DNA of 64,000 nt from Chloroflexota bacterium. GTDB lineage: Bacteria > Chloroflexota > Anaerolineae > JAAYEA01. The DNA is taken from NCBI GenBank assembly GCA_036841525.1, contig DAITVZ010000006.1, positions 5,749 to 69,748 on the forward strand, written 5' to 3'. This document shows, one piece after another, positions 19,038-28,529 of this stretch. A program made the translations under genes and the position numbers. The notes beneath the pieces were generated by a model. That model did no database searches and was not told where the DNA came from. It worked only from the letters and a program-made list of their open reading frames with translations. How positions within the stretch are numbered: the stretch's first letter is position 1; each line of letters starts with the position of its first letter.

Positions 19038-20529
19038 TCTATTGGGCGGGTTGAGCGCAGGACCATTCGAGCTGGCCTTGGTGGCCTCTGCTTTGCTGGT
19101 TCTGCTGGCGGTCCTGACCAGCAAGGTGTCTGACCGGGTCGGCGTGCCCGCGCTCCTTTTGTTCCTGGTGCTGGGGATGCTGGCTGGCTCGGATGGGCCG
19201 GGAGGGATCTATTTCGATGACCCTGCGCTGGCCCAAGCGGTGGGGACCGTTGCGCTGGTGCTGATCTTGTTCGCGGGCGGCTTGGGCACCGAGTGGGGGC
19301 GGGCGCGTCCGGTGTTGGGGGTCGGAATCACCCTGGCGACGGCCGGCGTGATCATGACCGCTCTGCTTCTGGCGGTGTTTGTGTCGGCGGCGCTCAAGAT
19401 CCCCTTTATCGACGCGCTGCTGCTGGGCTCGATCATCTCTTCCACAGACACGCCGGCGGTCTTTGCGGTCATGCGCGCGAAAAGGACCGGGTGGCGCGGC
19501 AAGCTGGGCGCCATACTCGAACTGGAGGCCGGGAGCAATGACCCCACAGCCATCCTGCTGACCACCAGCGTGATCGGCGTGATCCAGTCCGGAGAGTCGC
19601 CGCTGCTTAGCCTGGCGCTGAGCTTTCTCCTGCAGATGGCCCTGGGCGCGGCCATAGGCTATCTGGCCGGGCGGCTTCTGCCGTGGCTGGTGAACCGCCT
19701 GAATCTGGGGCAAGATGGCCTCTACGCGCCACTGACCACCGCCTTGACGCTGCTCACCTATGCGGGCACGGCGCTGGTGGGCGGGAACGGGTTCCTGGCG
19801 GTGTACGTGGCGGGGCTGGTGGCGGGCAATAGCGAATTCATCCACCGCCGCAGCTTGATTCGGTTCCACGACGGCCTGGCCTGGGTCATGCAGATCGGGA
19901 TGTTTCTCGTCCTGGGCTTGCTGGTCTTTCCCTCGCGGCTGCCCGCGGTCATGGGGACCGGCCTGCTGGTGACCGTGATACTGATGCTGGTGGTGCGGCC
20001 GTTGGCCGTGTTCCTCCTCACGGCCCCCAGCCACCTCAAGGTGAGCGAGAAAACAATGCTCTCGTGGGTGGGCCTCAAGGGCGCGGTGCCGATCATTCTG
20101 GCGACCTATCCGCTGCTTGCGGGGCTGCCACAGGCCGAGCTCATTTTCAACGTGGTGTTCTTTGTCGTGCTGGTCTCGGTGGTGGTGCAAGGCCCCACGA
20201 TCCCATACCTGGCGAGGTGGCTGAAGTTGACCGAGCCGATGGGGCTGCAAGAGGCTGCTCCGCTGGAGATGAACGAGGTGGCGGGGCTGAACACCGCGCT
20301 GCAAGAGATCGTTCTTCCGGAAGGCGCGGCGAGCGTGGGCGAAAAGATCGTCGATCTCTGCTTGCCTGACGACTTTTTGGTGGTGCTGATCGAGCGCAAT
20401 CGGGAGTATATCGTCCCCTACGGAGGGACCGTGCTGGAAGCTGGAGATCGCATGTTCGTGATCTCGAACAAGCTGACGCTGGAGCGCCTGGGATCGCAGC
20501 TCACGCAATGCCCAGTCGGCCTTGGTTGA
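19024..20529 (+). CDS. cvrA: Potassium/proton antiporter (CvrA/NhaP2) with C-terminal TrkA-C domain
   Basis: GMLAGSDG, ISSTD, EAGSNDP, GLKGAVPI, IERNREYIVPYGGTVLEAGD. Confidence 0.9.
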   Translation: MGLADLLGGLSAGPFELALVASALLVLLAVLTSKVSDRVGVPALLLFLVLGMLAGSDGPGGIYFDDPALAQAVGTVALVLILFAGGLGTEWGRARPVLGVGITLATAGVIMTALLLAVFVSAALKIPFIDALLLGSIISSTDTPAVFAVMRAKRTGWRGKLGAILELEAGSNDPTAILLTTSVIGVIQSGESPLLSLALSFLLQMALGAAIGYLAGRLLPWLVNRLNLGQDGLYAPLTTALTLLTYAGTALVGGNGFLAVYVAGLVAGNSEFIHRRSLIRFHDGLAWVMQIGMFLVLGLLVFPSRLPAVMGTGLLVTVILMLVVRPLAVFLLTAPSHLKVSEKTMLSWVGLKGAVPIILATYPLLAGLPQAELIFNVVFFVVLVSVVVQGPTIPYLARWLKLTEPMGLQEAAPLEMNEVAGLNTALQEIVLPEGAASVGEKIVDLCLPDDFLVVLIERNREYIVPYGGTVLEAGDRMFVISNKLTLERLGSQLTQCPVGLG

Positions 20530-20549
20530 GTCGCACAGGCTGCTCTGCG

Positions 20550-20578
20550 TTGCGGATTCCGGGCGACTGTGCTATACT
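20550..20578 (+). promoter_or_regulatory. Putative sigma70 promoter of tRNA-Arg
   Basis: TTGCGG-17 bp-TATACT with TGn. Confidence 0.6.
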
Positions 20579-20620
20579 CTCGGGTGAACCGCATGGGCCG
20601 CGCCATTGGCCGCGCTTCGC

Positions 20621-20694
20621 GCCCCTGTAGCTCAGTGGACAAGAGCAACTGCCTTCTAAGCAGTGGGTCGCAGGTTCGAATCCTGCCAGGGGTA
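20621..20694 (+). tRNA. tRNA-Arg (anticodon TCT), CCA not encoded
   Basis: Cloverleaf: GCCCCTG/CAGGGGT acceptor, GCTC/GAGC D-stem, ACTGC-CTTCTAA-GCAGT anticodon arm, GCAGG-TTCGAAT-CCTGC T-arm; followed by A then CTA. Confidence 0.96.
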
Positions 20695-20782
20695 CTACCG
20701 CATATCGCATGACCGTTTGGGCGCGACCGTGTCGAGCCTAGCCGCCAGGGTGCGCGGCGATCGAGTGCAAGGAGGCGCTTTC

Positions 20783-21916
20783 GTGAAGATCACGGACATC
20801 GAGGCAATCGCCTTTCGATACCGCTCCAAGATCGTCCAGGACGAGGAAGGGCACGCTCATCCAGGGCCTGAGCACGATGCCACCGAGACGCTGACCAAGG
20901 TCAGCACCGATGCGGGGGTGGAGGGCTATTGCTTTGGCGGCAGCCAGGCGACGGTGGAGGTGGCCCGCCCGGTGCTGGTGGGCCAAGATCCCTTCGATCG
21001 GGAGAGCATCTGGCAAAGGCTGCGCCAGTACCAGCGCATGGGCAAGGCGCGCACGGCGCTGGCGGACCGCTACCTCGGCGTCATCGACCAGGCGCTCTGG
21101 GACCTGGCGGGACGCGCCACTGGCCTCCCCGTCTACAAGCTGCTGGGCGGGTACCGTGACAAGGTCCTGGCCTATGCCAGCACCATGTGCGGCGATGACC
21201 TTCCGGACGGCCTGGATACCCCCGAATCCTACGCTGACTTTGCGCAGTCCTGCAAGGAAATGGGCTACACCGCGTTCAAGCTGCACACCTGGATGTCTCC
21301 CCTCGGACCGGACCCCAAACATGATGTGGCCGCTTGTCGCGCTGTGCGCGAGCGGGTGGGGCCTGACATGCGCCTCATGCTGGATTGCCACCATGACTAT
21401 AGCCGGGAGGATGCTCTGTACATCGGCCGCGCTCTGGAGGAGTTGGACTATTACTGGTTCGAGGAGCCGATGAACGAGCACAGCATCTCTTCCTATGTCT
21501 GGCTGACGGAGCAGTTGAGCATCCCCGTGATGGGGCCGGAGACTGCGGAAGGCAAGATGTACACGCGAGCCGAGTGGATCCTGCGCGGGGCGTCGGACAT
21601 CAGCCGGTACGACGTGTGGCATGGCGGGATCACCCCCATGATGAAGACGATCCATCTTTGCGAGTCGTTCGGGGTGCGGCTGGAGGTCCATGGCGGCGGG
21701 CCGGGAAACCTGCAGGTCCTGGGCGCCATGGGCATCCCCGGCGAGTATTATGAATTGGGCCTCCTGCACCCCTTCATCGACCACTATGCCCGGACTCCCT
21801 GGTTGACCGAGCCGATCGACCCATTGCTGCCGGGCGGATATGTGCGGATTCCCCAGCGGCCAGGGCTGGGCATGGAGATCGATTGGGGCTATATCGAGAG
21901 GAATCGGATCAGGTAG
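20783..21916 (+). CDS. Mandelate racemase/muconate lactonizing enzyme (enolase superfamily) protein
   Basis: IDQALWDLAG, LPVYKLLGG, FKLH, MLD, WFEEP, GPET, EVH; GTG start with AAGGAGG RBS. Confidence 0.9.
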   Translation: MKITDIEAIAFRYRSKIVQDEEGHAHPGPEHDATETLTKVSTDAGVEGYCFGGSQATVEVARPVLVGQDPFDRESIWQRLRQYQRMGKARTALADRYLGVIDQALWDLAGRATGLPVYKLLGGYRDKVLAYASTMCGDDLPDGLDTPESYADFAQSCKEMGYTAFKLHTWMSPLGPDPKHDVAACRAVRERVGPDMRLMLDCHHDYSREDALYIGRALEELDYYWFEEPMNEHSISSYVWLTEQLSIPVMGPETAEGKMYTRAEWILRGASDISRYDVWHGGITPMMKTIHLCESFGVRLEVHGGGPGNLQVLGAMGIPGEYYELGLLHPFIDHYARTPWLTEPIDPLLPGGYVRIPQRPGLGMEIDWGYIERNRIR

Positions 21917-21996
21917 GACAGAAGCAGCATGGTCGGCGTGGCCAGGGAGCGGCGCGCGGCCACTCTTGCGGGCACGGAAGCGGGCCAAAGGAGGTC

Positions 21997-22200
21997 ATGG
22001 TGGAACGTGCCAAGGAAATATGTGATCGCTGTGGAGAGCCCTTGGGCCCCAATCCCGTGATGCGAGGGGAGAAGGTCTATTGCTGCCAAGCCTGCGCCTT
22101 TGAGGCGCAGCGCCCTGCCGATTGCGGCGGGCGAAGCGACTCGGTCATCCCTCACCAGGTGGTGCTGCCTGAATCGTATGAAAAAACCCAGTCCGAATAG
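21997..22200 (+). CDS. Small Cys-rich metallothionein/zinc-finger-like protein (67 aa)
   Basis: AAGGAGG RBS; CDRC...YCCQACA...C (6 Cys). Confidence 0.65.
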   Translation: MVERAKEICDRCGEPLGPNPVMRGEKVYCCQACAFEAQRPADCGGRSDSVIPHQVVLPESYEKTQSE

Positions 22201-23275
22201 CCTGTCGCCGACGCGACCCGCCGGGTCGCCGCTGAGCGAGCCGACGCCTCTGGAGCCCATGGTGGACGCGCCTTCACGCGCCCAGGCCGCGTCGATGGTG
22301 CAGCACGCCGCTTGCATGACCTACGGGGCGAACGGTGACTTTTCGGAACGGCAGGGGGTGGACCTCGCCAGCGTTCTTCCGTTGGATAGCCGGCGTGTGA
22401 CATGGCTGGACATCCACGGCATGACGGAGCCAAGCGCCCTCGAGCCCTTTTCCACGTCCCTTGGTATCCACCCCCTCACCCTGGAAGATATCCTCAATAC
22501 CGAGCAACGCCCCAAAATGGAAGACTTTGGTGACTATGTGTTCATCGACCTCAATATGCTCTGGTACGATAGCGAGCAAGGGGTCGAGGCCCAACAGGTG
22601 AGCTTTATCTTGGGCAGCCGATATGTGATCTCTTTTCAGCGCGGTGACGTGGATGTCTTTGCGGGGGTCCGCGAGCGCCTGCGGAGCGGGAAGGGGCGCC
22701 TTCGCAAGATGGGCGCCGACTATTTGGCTTATGCGCTGGTGGACGCGGTGGTGGACAACTATTTCCTCGTTCTGGAAAAGCTCGGCGAGGAGATCGAAGA
22801 CATCGAGGAGGCGCTGATCGCGAATCCAGGGCGAGAAACGCTCCGCGGGATTCACCATCTGAAGCGAGAGCTGCTGCACCTGCGCAAGTCGGTTTGGCCA
22901 TTGCGAGAGGCGGTGGGGGCGCTGGATCGCGGCGAGTCGGCGCTGATTCAGCCTGGGACTCGCGCCTACCTCCGCGATGTGTACGATCACACCATCCAGG
23001 TCATCGATGCGCTGGAAACGTATCGGGACATGGTATCGGGCATGCTGGACATCTATTTGTCCAGCATCAGCAACCGGATGAATGAGGTGATGAAAGTATT
23101 GACCATCATCAGCACCGTGTTCATCCCGCTGACTTTTCTCGCGGGGGTGTATGGCATGAACTTTCGCTTCATGCCAGAGCTCTCGTGGCGATGGGGGTAC
23201 CCGGCCCTATTGGGTATCATGTTGACCGTGGCGGCCGTGATGTTGGCGTTTTTCAGGCGGAAGAAGTGGCTCTAG
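22178..23275 (+). CDS. corA: Magnesium/cobalt transporter CorA
   Basis: [44 protein letters not shown] (GMN signature); start codon uncertain. Confidence 0.95.
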   Translation: MKKPSPNSLSPTRPAGSPLSEPTPLEPMVDAPSRAQAASMVQHAACMTYGANGDFSERQGVDLASVLPLDSRRVTWLDIHGMTEPSALEPFSTSLGIHPLTLEDILNTEQRPKMEDFGDYVFIDLNMLWYDSEQGVEAQQVSFILGSRYVISFQRGDVDVFAGVRERLRSGKGRLRKMGADYLAYALVDAVVDNYFLVLEKLGEEIEDIEEALIANPGRETLRGIHHLKRELLHLRKSVWPLREAVGALDRGESALIQPGTRAYLRDVYDHTIQVIDALETYRDMVSGMLDIYLSSISNRMNEVMKVLTIISTVFIPLTFLAGVYGMNFRFMPELSWRWGYPALLGIMLTVAAVMLAFFRRKKWL

Positions 23276-23301
23276 GGGGCACGGAAGATCCAGGAGGAGA
23301 A

Positions 23302-23751
23302 ATGAAAAAGTTCTTTCAGGAGTTCAAGGCGTTCGCTACCAAAGGCAACATACTCGATCTGGCAGTCGCTTTCATGCTGACGACGGCCTTTGGCCAGATC
23401 ACCCAGTCCTTCGTCAAGGACGTGATCATGCCGCCGATCGGGCTCTTGCTCGGGAAGGTGGACTTTGCGAACCTGTATATCAACCTGACCAGCACCAAGT
23501 ACCCGACCCTGGCGGCGGCCAAGGAAGCTGGCGCGGCGGTCATCAGCTACGGCGCCTTCATCAACACGGTGATCAACTTTATCATCGTGGCGTTGGTGCT
23601 CTTCCTGATTGTCAAGGCCGTGAACAAGGCGGCGGCCAAGAAGGAAGCCGCTCCCGCGGCGCCCACCACCAAAGAGTGCCCGTACTGCTTCACCAATATC
23701 CCGATCAAGGCGACGCGCTGCCCGAACTGCACCTCTCCTTTGGGGGGCTAG
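23302..23751 (+). CDS. mscL: Large-conductance mechanosensitive channel with C-terminal zinc-ribbon tail
   Basis: [31 protein letters not shown], tail [22 protein letters not shown]. Confidence 0.93.
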   Translation: MKKFFQEFKAFATKGNILDLAVAFMLTTAFGQITQSFVKDVIMPPIGLLLGKVDFANLYINLTSTKYPTLAAAKEAGAAVISYGAFINTVINFIIVALVLFLIVKAVNKAAAKKEAAPAAPTTKECPYCFTNIPIKATRCPNCTSPLGG

Positions 23752-23856
23752 GCCTGGCGAAAGCGTGCGAGCATATGACGCGCATCCTATACTAGGCGGG
23801 CCCTCTGCGCTATGCTGTTAGCTGGGGACCAGACGGATTTTCGCTGGGAGTTCCAG

Positions 23857-25107
23857 ATGAACGACAGGTTCGGGCTCGCAAGGCGCAAGGATGTGGCGTG
23901 GGTGCTGGTCGCGGCGCTCGTGTTGGGGTTGCTGGCGGCTGGACCTGCGCTGGCAGCCGAGCCGGCGTCGTGGCCAGAGGTGGCGGTGACCAAGGTGGTT
24001 GGAGGCATCCAACGGCCGGTCCATGTGACCCACGCCGGGGATGGCTCCAACCGCCTTTTCGTTGTGGAGCAGGCCGGGCGGATCATGCTGGCGAAGAACG
24101 GTGCGGTTCAGCCCGTTCCTTTTCTCGACATTCGCGAGCGCGTGTTGTGCTGTGGGGAGCGCGGCCTGTTGAGCGTAGCCTTCCCGCCGAACTATGCCGC
24201 CAAGGGCTGGTTCTACGTTTACTATATCGACAAGGAGAACCGGTCGGTGGTCGCGCGCTTTCGGGTGGGCGCCGACTCTGACCTGGCGGACGCGGCCAGT
24301 GAGGAGATCCTCTTGACGGTACCCCAGCCCTACGTCAATCACAAGGGGGGCCAGTTGGCCTTTGGCCCCGTTGACGGCTACCTCTACATCGGGCTGGGCG
24401 ATGGGGGCAGCGCGGGCGATCCCGGAAACCGGGCGCAAGACCCGGCACAGTTGCTGGGCAAGATACTGCGCATCGATGTGGAATCCGGCGCGCAGCCCTA
24501 TGCAGTCCCAACAGATAACCCCTATGTGGGCGATACTACGTACCGTCCGGAGATCTGGGCCCTGGGCCTGCGCAATCCCTGGCGGTTCTCTTTCGATCGG
24601 CTGACGGGTGACCTATACATCGGCGACGTGGGGCAGAGCGCCTATGAAGAGATCGACTTCCAGGCAACCACCAGCGCCGGCGGGGAGAACTATGGTTGGC
24701 GGATCCTGGAAGCGCTGCACTGCTACAGCCCGTCGGCTGGCTGCGTTCCGCCGGAGCGGTACGCGCCTCCCGTGATCGAGCATGCCCATGCAGAGCAATG
24801 GGTCTCCATTACCGGGGGAGTCGTCTATCGCGGGCGGGACCACGCCTCACTGCAAGGCATCTATCTGTATGGCGACTATGGCAACGGGGATATCTGGGGC
24901 TTGCGGCGCGCCGGGGGGCAGTGGGCGAACACCCGTTTGCTCGTCACCAACTATAACATCTCGACGTTTGGCGAGGATGAGCGAGGCACGGTGCTTGTCG
25001 CTGACTATGCCACGGGCGACATCTATGCGATCACCGCGGCTGCTCCGACGGCGACGCCTGCCCCAACGCGGCTCCCCCTTTTGCTGCCCCTGATACTGAA
25101 GCACTGA
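23857..25107 (+). CDS. Secreted PQQ-dependent glucose/sorbosone dehydrogenase family protein
   Basis: Signal peptide; LFVVEQAG, GERGLLSVAF, NHKGGQLAFG, GLRNPWR, GDVGQ, NYGW; Pro/Thr linker plus LPLILKH tail. Confidence 0.88.
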   Translation: MNDRFGLARRKDVAWVLVAALVLGLLAAGPALAAEPASWPEVAVTKVVGGIQRPVHVTHAGDGSNRLFVVEQAGRIMLAKNGAVQPVPFLDIRERVLCCGERGLLSVAFPPNYAAKGWFYVYYIDKENRSVVARFRVGADSDLADAASEEILLTVPQPYVNHKGGQLAFGPVDGYLYIGLGDGGSAGDPGNRAQDPAQLLGKILRIDVESGAQPYAVPTDNPYVGDTTYRPEIWALGLRNPWRFSFDRLTGDLYIGDVGQSAYEEIDFQATTSAGGENYGWRILEALHCYSPSAGCVPPERYAPPVIEHAHAEQWVSITGGVVYRGRDHASLQGIYLYGDYGNGDIWGLRRAGGQWANTRLLVTNYNISTFGEDERGTVLVADYATGDIYAITAAAPTATPAPTRLPLLLPLILKH

Positions 25108-25124
25108 GATCCTTGGCCTGGTCG

Positions 25125-25170
25125 CGCTCTCAGAGCCACGACGTAGCGGCATCTCCAGGCTCTGAGAGCG
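25125..25170. terminator. Hairpin between convergent genes (possible bidirectional terminator)
   Basis: Perfect 13-bp inverted repeat CGCTCTCAGAGCC/GGCTCTGAGAGCG with a 20-nt loop; no clear U-tract. Confidence 0.5.
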
Positions 25171-25180
25171 GGGCAGGTCG

Positions 25181-26305
25181 TCAGGGATCGTCGGTGTGGG
25201 CTGCTTGTCTGGTACGCTCCTGGCGCAGATCGTCGAGCGAGATGCCGCGATCCTGGGCGCGCTGCTCCATCCACTCATCCATGTCCGCCGGCGGCGGGGA
25301 GGCGAGGGGCCGCCGGACAAGCTGCAGCGCCTCGGCAGGACACACCGAGACGCAGATGCCACAGCCCAGGCAGCGGTTCTCGTCCACGGCGCATACTCTA
25401 TCGACGGTCAGCGCATGGAATGGGCAGCGCTCGGTGCAGAGCTCGCAGCCGGTGCAGAGCTCCTGGTCCACCTGAACCAGGAAATCCGAGTGAGCGATGG
25501 CGGTAGGGATGGCGAACTCGGCCACGCCGCGCAGGATGCCGCAGCAGCAGGTGCAGCAGTTGCAGATGAAAAAGTGCCCCGTGCGGTAGTTGCCGGTGGT
25601 GTGGACGAGCCCCTCCTTTTCGGCCTCCCGCAGGATGCACAGAGCCTCCTCCTTCGAGATCGCTTGTGTGACGGTGCTGTGGTCAAAGGCGTGCTCTGCG
25701 GTGGAAAAGGTGATGCAGTTGTGCACCGTGTGGTCGCAGCCTTTGCCAACGAGGCGCTGCTGTGTGCGGCAGAGGCAATCCTGAACGCCCCACGACCTGG
25801 CCTCATCCAGGATCGCTGCGGCGCTCTCGTGGGAATAGACCTCCATGTCAAAGCGAACGGCCTCGCCTACCGGGATGACCCTGTTCAGTGGCGGGTTGTG
25901 GCGTACCATCGTGCCGCCCTGGCTCTCCTGGTAATAGGCCTCGAACAGCGCGGCCAGCTCGGCGTCCATACGGGGGAGCTGCATCTCATAGATGCCCACG
26001 GCAACGGGCATGAGCCAGAACCCAAGCTTCCGATCATGGCGCCCCGCAAAGATGAGCCCCTTGCGCGCCATCTCTTTGAGCATGGCATAGGCTGCTTTGG
26101 GGTCCACATCAGCCCGTGCGGCGATCTCCTCGGCGGTCTCGGGGACCAGCTTCATCACCGCGGCAAGGGCCGCTTCGTCGGGCGTGAAGAGCTTGGCGAG
26201 CAGCCGGACCTCCGCCCCGCTCGGAGTGGGGCTAAAGCCGTTGGGGATGGCGTCCAGCCGCTCGGCGAGCTTGTGGTAGATTTCCTCGCTTTGTACCATC
26301 GGCAT
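25181..26305 (-). CDS. 4Fe-4S dicluster (ferredoxin-like) protein with N-terminal winged-helix-like region
   Basis: CLCRTQQRLVGKGC, ICNCCTCCCG, CTGCELCTERCP and CLGCGICVSVCP. Confidence 0.85.
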   Translation of the reverse strand: MPMVQSEEIYHKLAERLDAIPNGFSPTPSGAEVRLLAKLFTPDEAALAAVMKLVPETAEEIAARADVDPKAAYAMLKEMARKGLIFAGRHDRKLGFWLMPVAVGIYEMQLPRMDAELAALFEAYYQESQGGTMVRHNPPLNRVIPVGEAVRFDMEVYSHESAAAILDEARSWGVQDCLCRTQQRLVGKGCDHTVHNCITFSTAEHAFDHSTVTQAISKEEALCILREAEKEGLVHTTGNYRTGHFFICNCCTCCCGILRGVAEFAIPTAIAHSDFLVQVDQELCTGCELCTERCPFHALTVDRVCAVDENRCLGCGICVSVCPAEALQLVRRPLASPPPADMDEWMEQRAQDRGISLDDLRQERTRQAAHTDDP

Positions 26306-26426
26306 CTCTCCCTCAGTCCAATCTACGTCTATAAACCCCCAAGCTGGCCCGGGGTTGTGCCGAGTTGCCAGGATGGGACGGCCGTGTAGAATGAACCAAG
26401 CTCTCTCGCCTCATGGAGTACGTGGG

Positions 26427-28529
26427 ATGGAATCCAAGGAAGCTAGCCAGGTCATTACCGCACCGCACAGCGGAGGCTACTCGGTGTTTCTCGAGGGCCC
26501 GGCTGGAGCGGGCAAGACCACTGCGGCCGTGCGCCGGCTGGAGCACCTCTTGCACGAGGGTGTGCCCGGCGATGCCATCCTGGTACTGACCCCGCAACGG
26601 ACGCTGGCCGAGCCTTACCAGCGGTTCCTCCGCTCGCAGGATGCGCCGGGGGGCAGCGAGGTGACCCTGGCCACGCTTGGCGGGCTGGCGCGGCGCGCCA
26701 TCGACCTCTTGTGGCCCCTGATCGCCGAGGATGCCGGTTTTCGGGCTGCGGAGCGCCCCGTTTTTTTGACCCTAGAGACCGCCCAGTACCATATGGATCA
26801 GGTGCTGGCCCCGTTCCTGGAGAAGCGCTACTTTGACTCGGTCGCGATTCGACGCAACCGCCTCGCCAGCCAGGTCATCGACAACCTGAACAAGGCCGCG
26901 GTGGTGGGGTTCCCGCACCAAGAGATAGCCGCGCGGCTGAGCCAGGCCTGGACGGGAGATCCCGGCCAGCCGAGGGTGTATGAGCAGGTGCAGGAATGCG
27001 CCAGCGCCTTTCGCGCCCGCTGCCTGGAGAACAACCTGCTCGACTTTTCGCTGCAGATCGAGACCTTTGTGCGCCACGTGTTGCCGACCCCGGAAGGACA
27101 GTCTTTCCTCTTTCAGCGCTACCACCATCTCATCGCCGACAATGTGGAGGAAGATGTGCCAGTGGCCCATGAGCTGGTCACCCGCTGGCTCGCCCTGGCC
27201 GAATCGGCCACCCTGGTGTACGACTGGGATGCCGGCTACCGCGCCTTTCTCGGCGCCGACCCGCAGTCCGCGTACGAGTTGCGCAAGTCCTGCCGCCGGG
27301 TGATCTGGATGGAGCGCTGCCTGGTCGCTTCAGAGGAGCTGCAGGACCTGGGCACCCGCTTGGCCCCGAGGCTGCGCCGAAGCGCCTCCCTCCCAGCGGG
27401 CCGGGGGCGGCAAGCGCTGGTGTATGCCTCCTTTCGCTTCCATCCCCAGATGCTGGATTGGGTGGCCGATCAGGTGTCGCGGCTGGTCACGGAGGAGGGG
27501 ACGCCGCCGCGCGAGGTGGCTATCGTCGCGCCGTACCTGAGCGACGCCCTGCGCTTCGCCCTGGCGTTGCGCCTGGAACGGTACGGCATCAGCGCGGTCT
27601 CGCATCGTCCCTCGCGCTCCTTGCGGGAGGAGGAGGGCACGCGCTGCCTGCTGACCCTGACGGCTCTGGCGCACCCGGACTGGGGCATCGCGCCAGGCCC
27701 GTTCGACGTGACGCGGATGTTGGTGCAGGCGATTGATAGCCTGGACGTGGTCCGGGCGCAGCAGCTGAGCCGCATCGTCTATCGGGTGCGTGACGGGCGG
27801 CCCGCGCTGACGGCCTTTCAGGAGATCGCCGGAGAGGCCCAGGAACGGATTACCTTTCTCCTGGGCGGCAGGTATGACGAGCTACTGGGATGGCTGGAGG
27901 CCTATCGCCAGGGCGGGGCGTCGTCGCTGGACCACTTTATCTCGCGTCTTTTTGCCGATGTGCTCTCACAGGCCGGGTTTGGCTTCCACCGCGACCTCGA
28001 CGCTGCGCGGGTGGCTGCCAACCTGGTCGAGTCGTTCTCCAAGTTCAGGCGGACATTTCCGAGTGATGCGGACCAGGCTCAGATCGGGCGCGAGTATCTT
28101 CGGATGGTGCAGCAGGGGGTGGTGGCAGCTCAGTACATCGAGGACTGGCAGCTCGATGGCGATGGGGTGCTCTTGGCGCCCGCTTATACCTTCCTGATGC
28201 GTAACCGGGCGGCGGACTATCAGTTCTGGCTGGACGCGGGCAGCAGGGGATGGTGGGAGCGCCCTTACCAGCCGCTGACCCACCCCTACGTCCTCACGCG
28301 GCATTGGCCGGAGGGCAAACAGTGGACTGATGGCGACGAATACCAGGTCCGGCAACTGACCATGGATAGGCTGCTGCTGGGCCTCGTGCGGCGCTGCCGG
28401 AAGGGGATCTATCTGGGGATCAGCGACCTTGGCGAGCAGGGCTACGAGCAACGCGGGCCGCTGCTCGAGGTGTTCCAGCGGATGCTGCGGCACGCGGTTC
28501 AGGCCGGTCGGGGGGAACGCGATGCCTGA
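26427..28529 (+). CDS. UvrD-like SF1 helicase-fold protein with degenerate Walker B
   Basis: EGPAGAGKTT Walker A; motif II reads IADNVEED rather than DExQD; no C-terminal nuclease motif seen. Confidence 0.75.
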   Translation: MESKEASQVITAPHSGGYSVFLEGPAGAGKTTAAVRRLEHLLHEGVPGDAILVLTPQRTLAEPYQRFLRSQDAPGGSEVTLATLGGLARRAIDLLWPLIAEDAGFRAAERPVFLTLETAQYHMDQVLAPFLEKRYFDSVAIRRNRLASQVIDNLNKAAVVGFPHQEIAARLSQAWTGDPGQPRVYEQVQECASAFRARCLENNLLDFSLQIETFVRHVLPTPEGQSFLFQRYHHLIADNVEEDVPVAHELVTRWLALAESATLVYDWDAGYRAFLGADPQSAYELRKSCRRVIWMERCLVASEELQDLGTRLAPRLRRSASLPAGRGRQALVYASFRFHPQMLDWVADQVSRLVTEEGTPPREVAIVAPYLSDALRFALALRLERYGISAVSHRPSRSLREEEGTRCLLTLTALAHPDWGIAPGPFDVTRMLVQAIDSLDVVRAQQLSRIVYRVRDGRPALTAFQEIAGEAQERITFLLGGRYDELLGWLEAYRQGGASSLDHFISRLFADVLSQAGFGFHRDLDAARVAANLVESFSKFRRTFPSDADQAQIGREYLRMVQQGVVAAQYIEDWQLDGDGVLLAPAYTFLMRNRAADYQFWLDAGSRGWWERPYQPLTHPYVLTRHWPEGKQWTDGDEYQVRQLTMDRLLLGLVRRCRKGIYLGISDLGEQGYEQRGPLLEVFQRMLRHAVQAGRGERDA

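Noticed and set aside
20621-21916. Genomic island integrated at tRNA-Arg
   Set aside because: No adjacent integrase, no duplicated tRNA 3' end noticed, and no obvious compositional shift.
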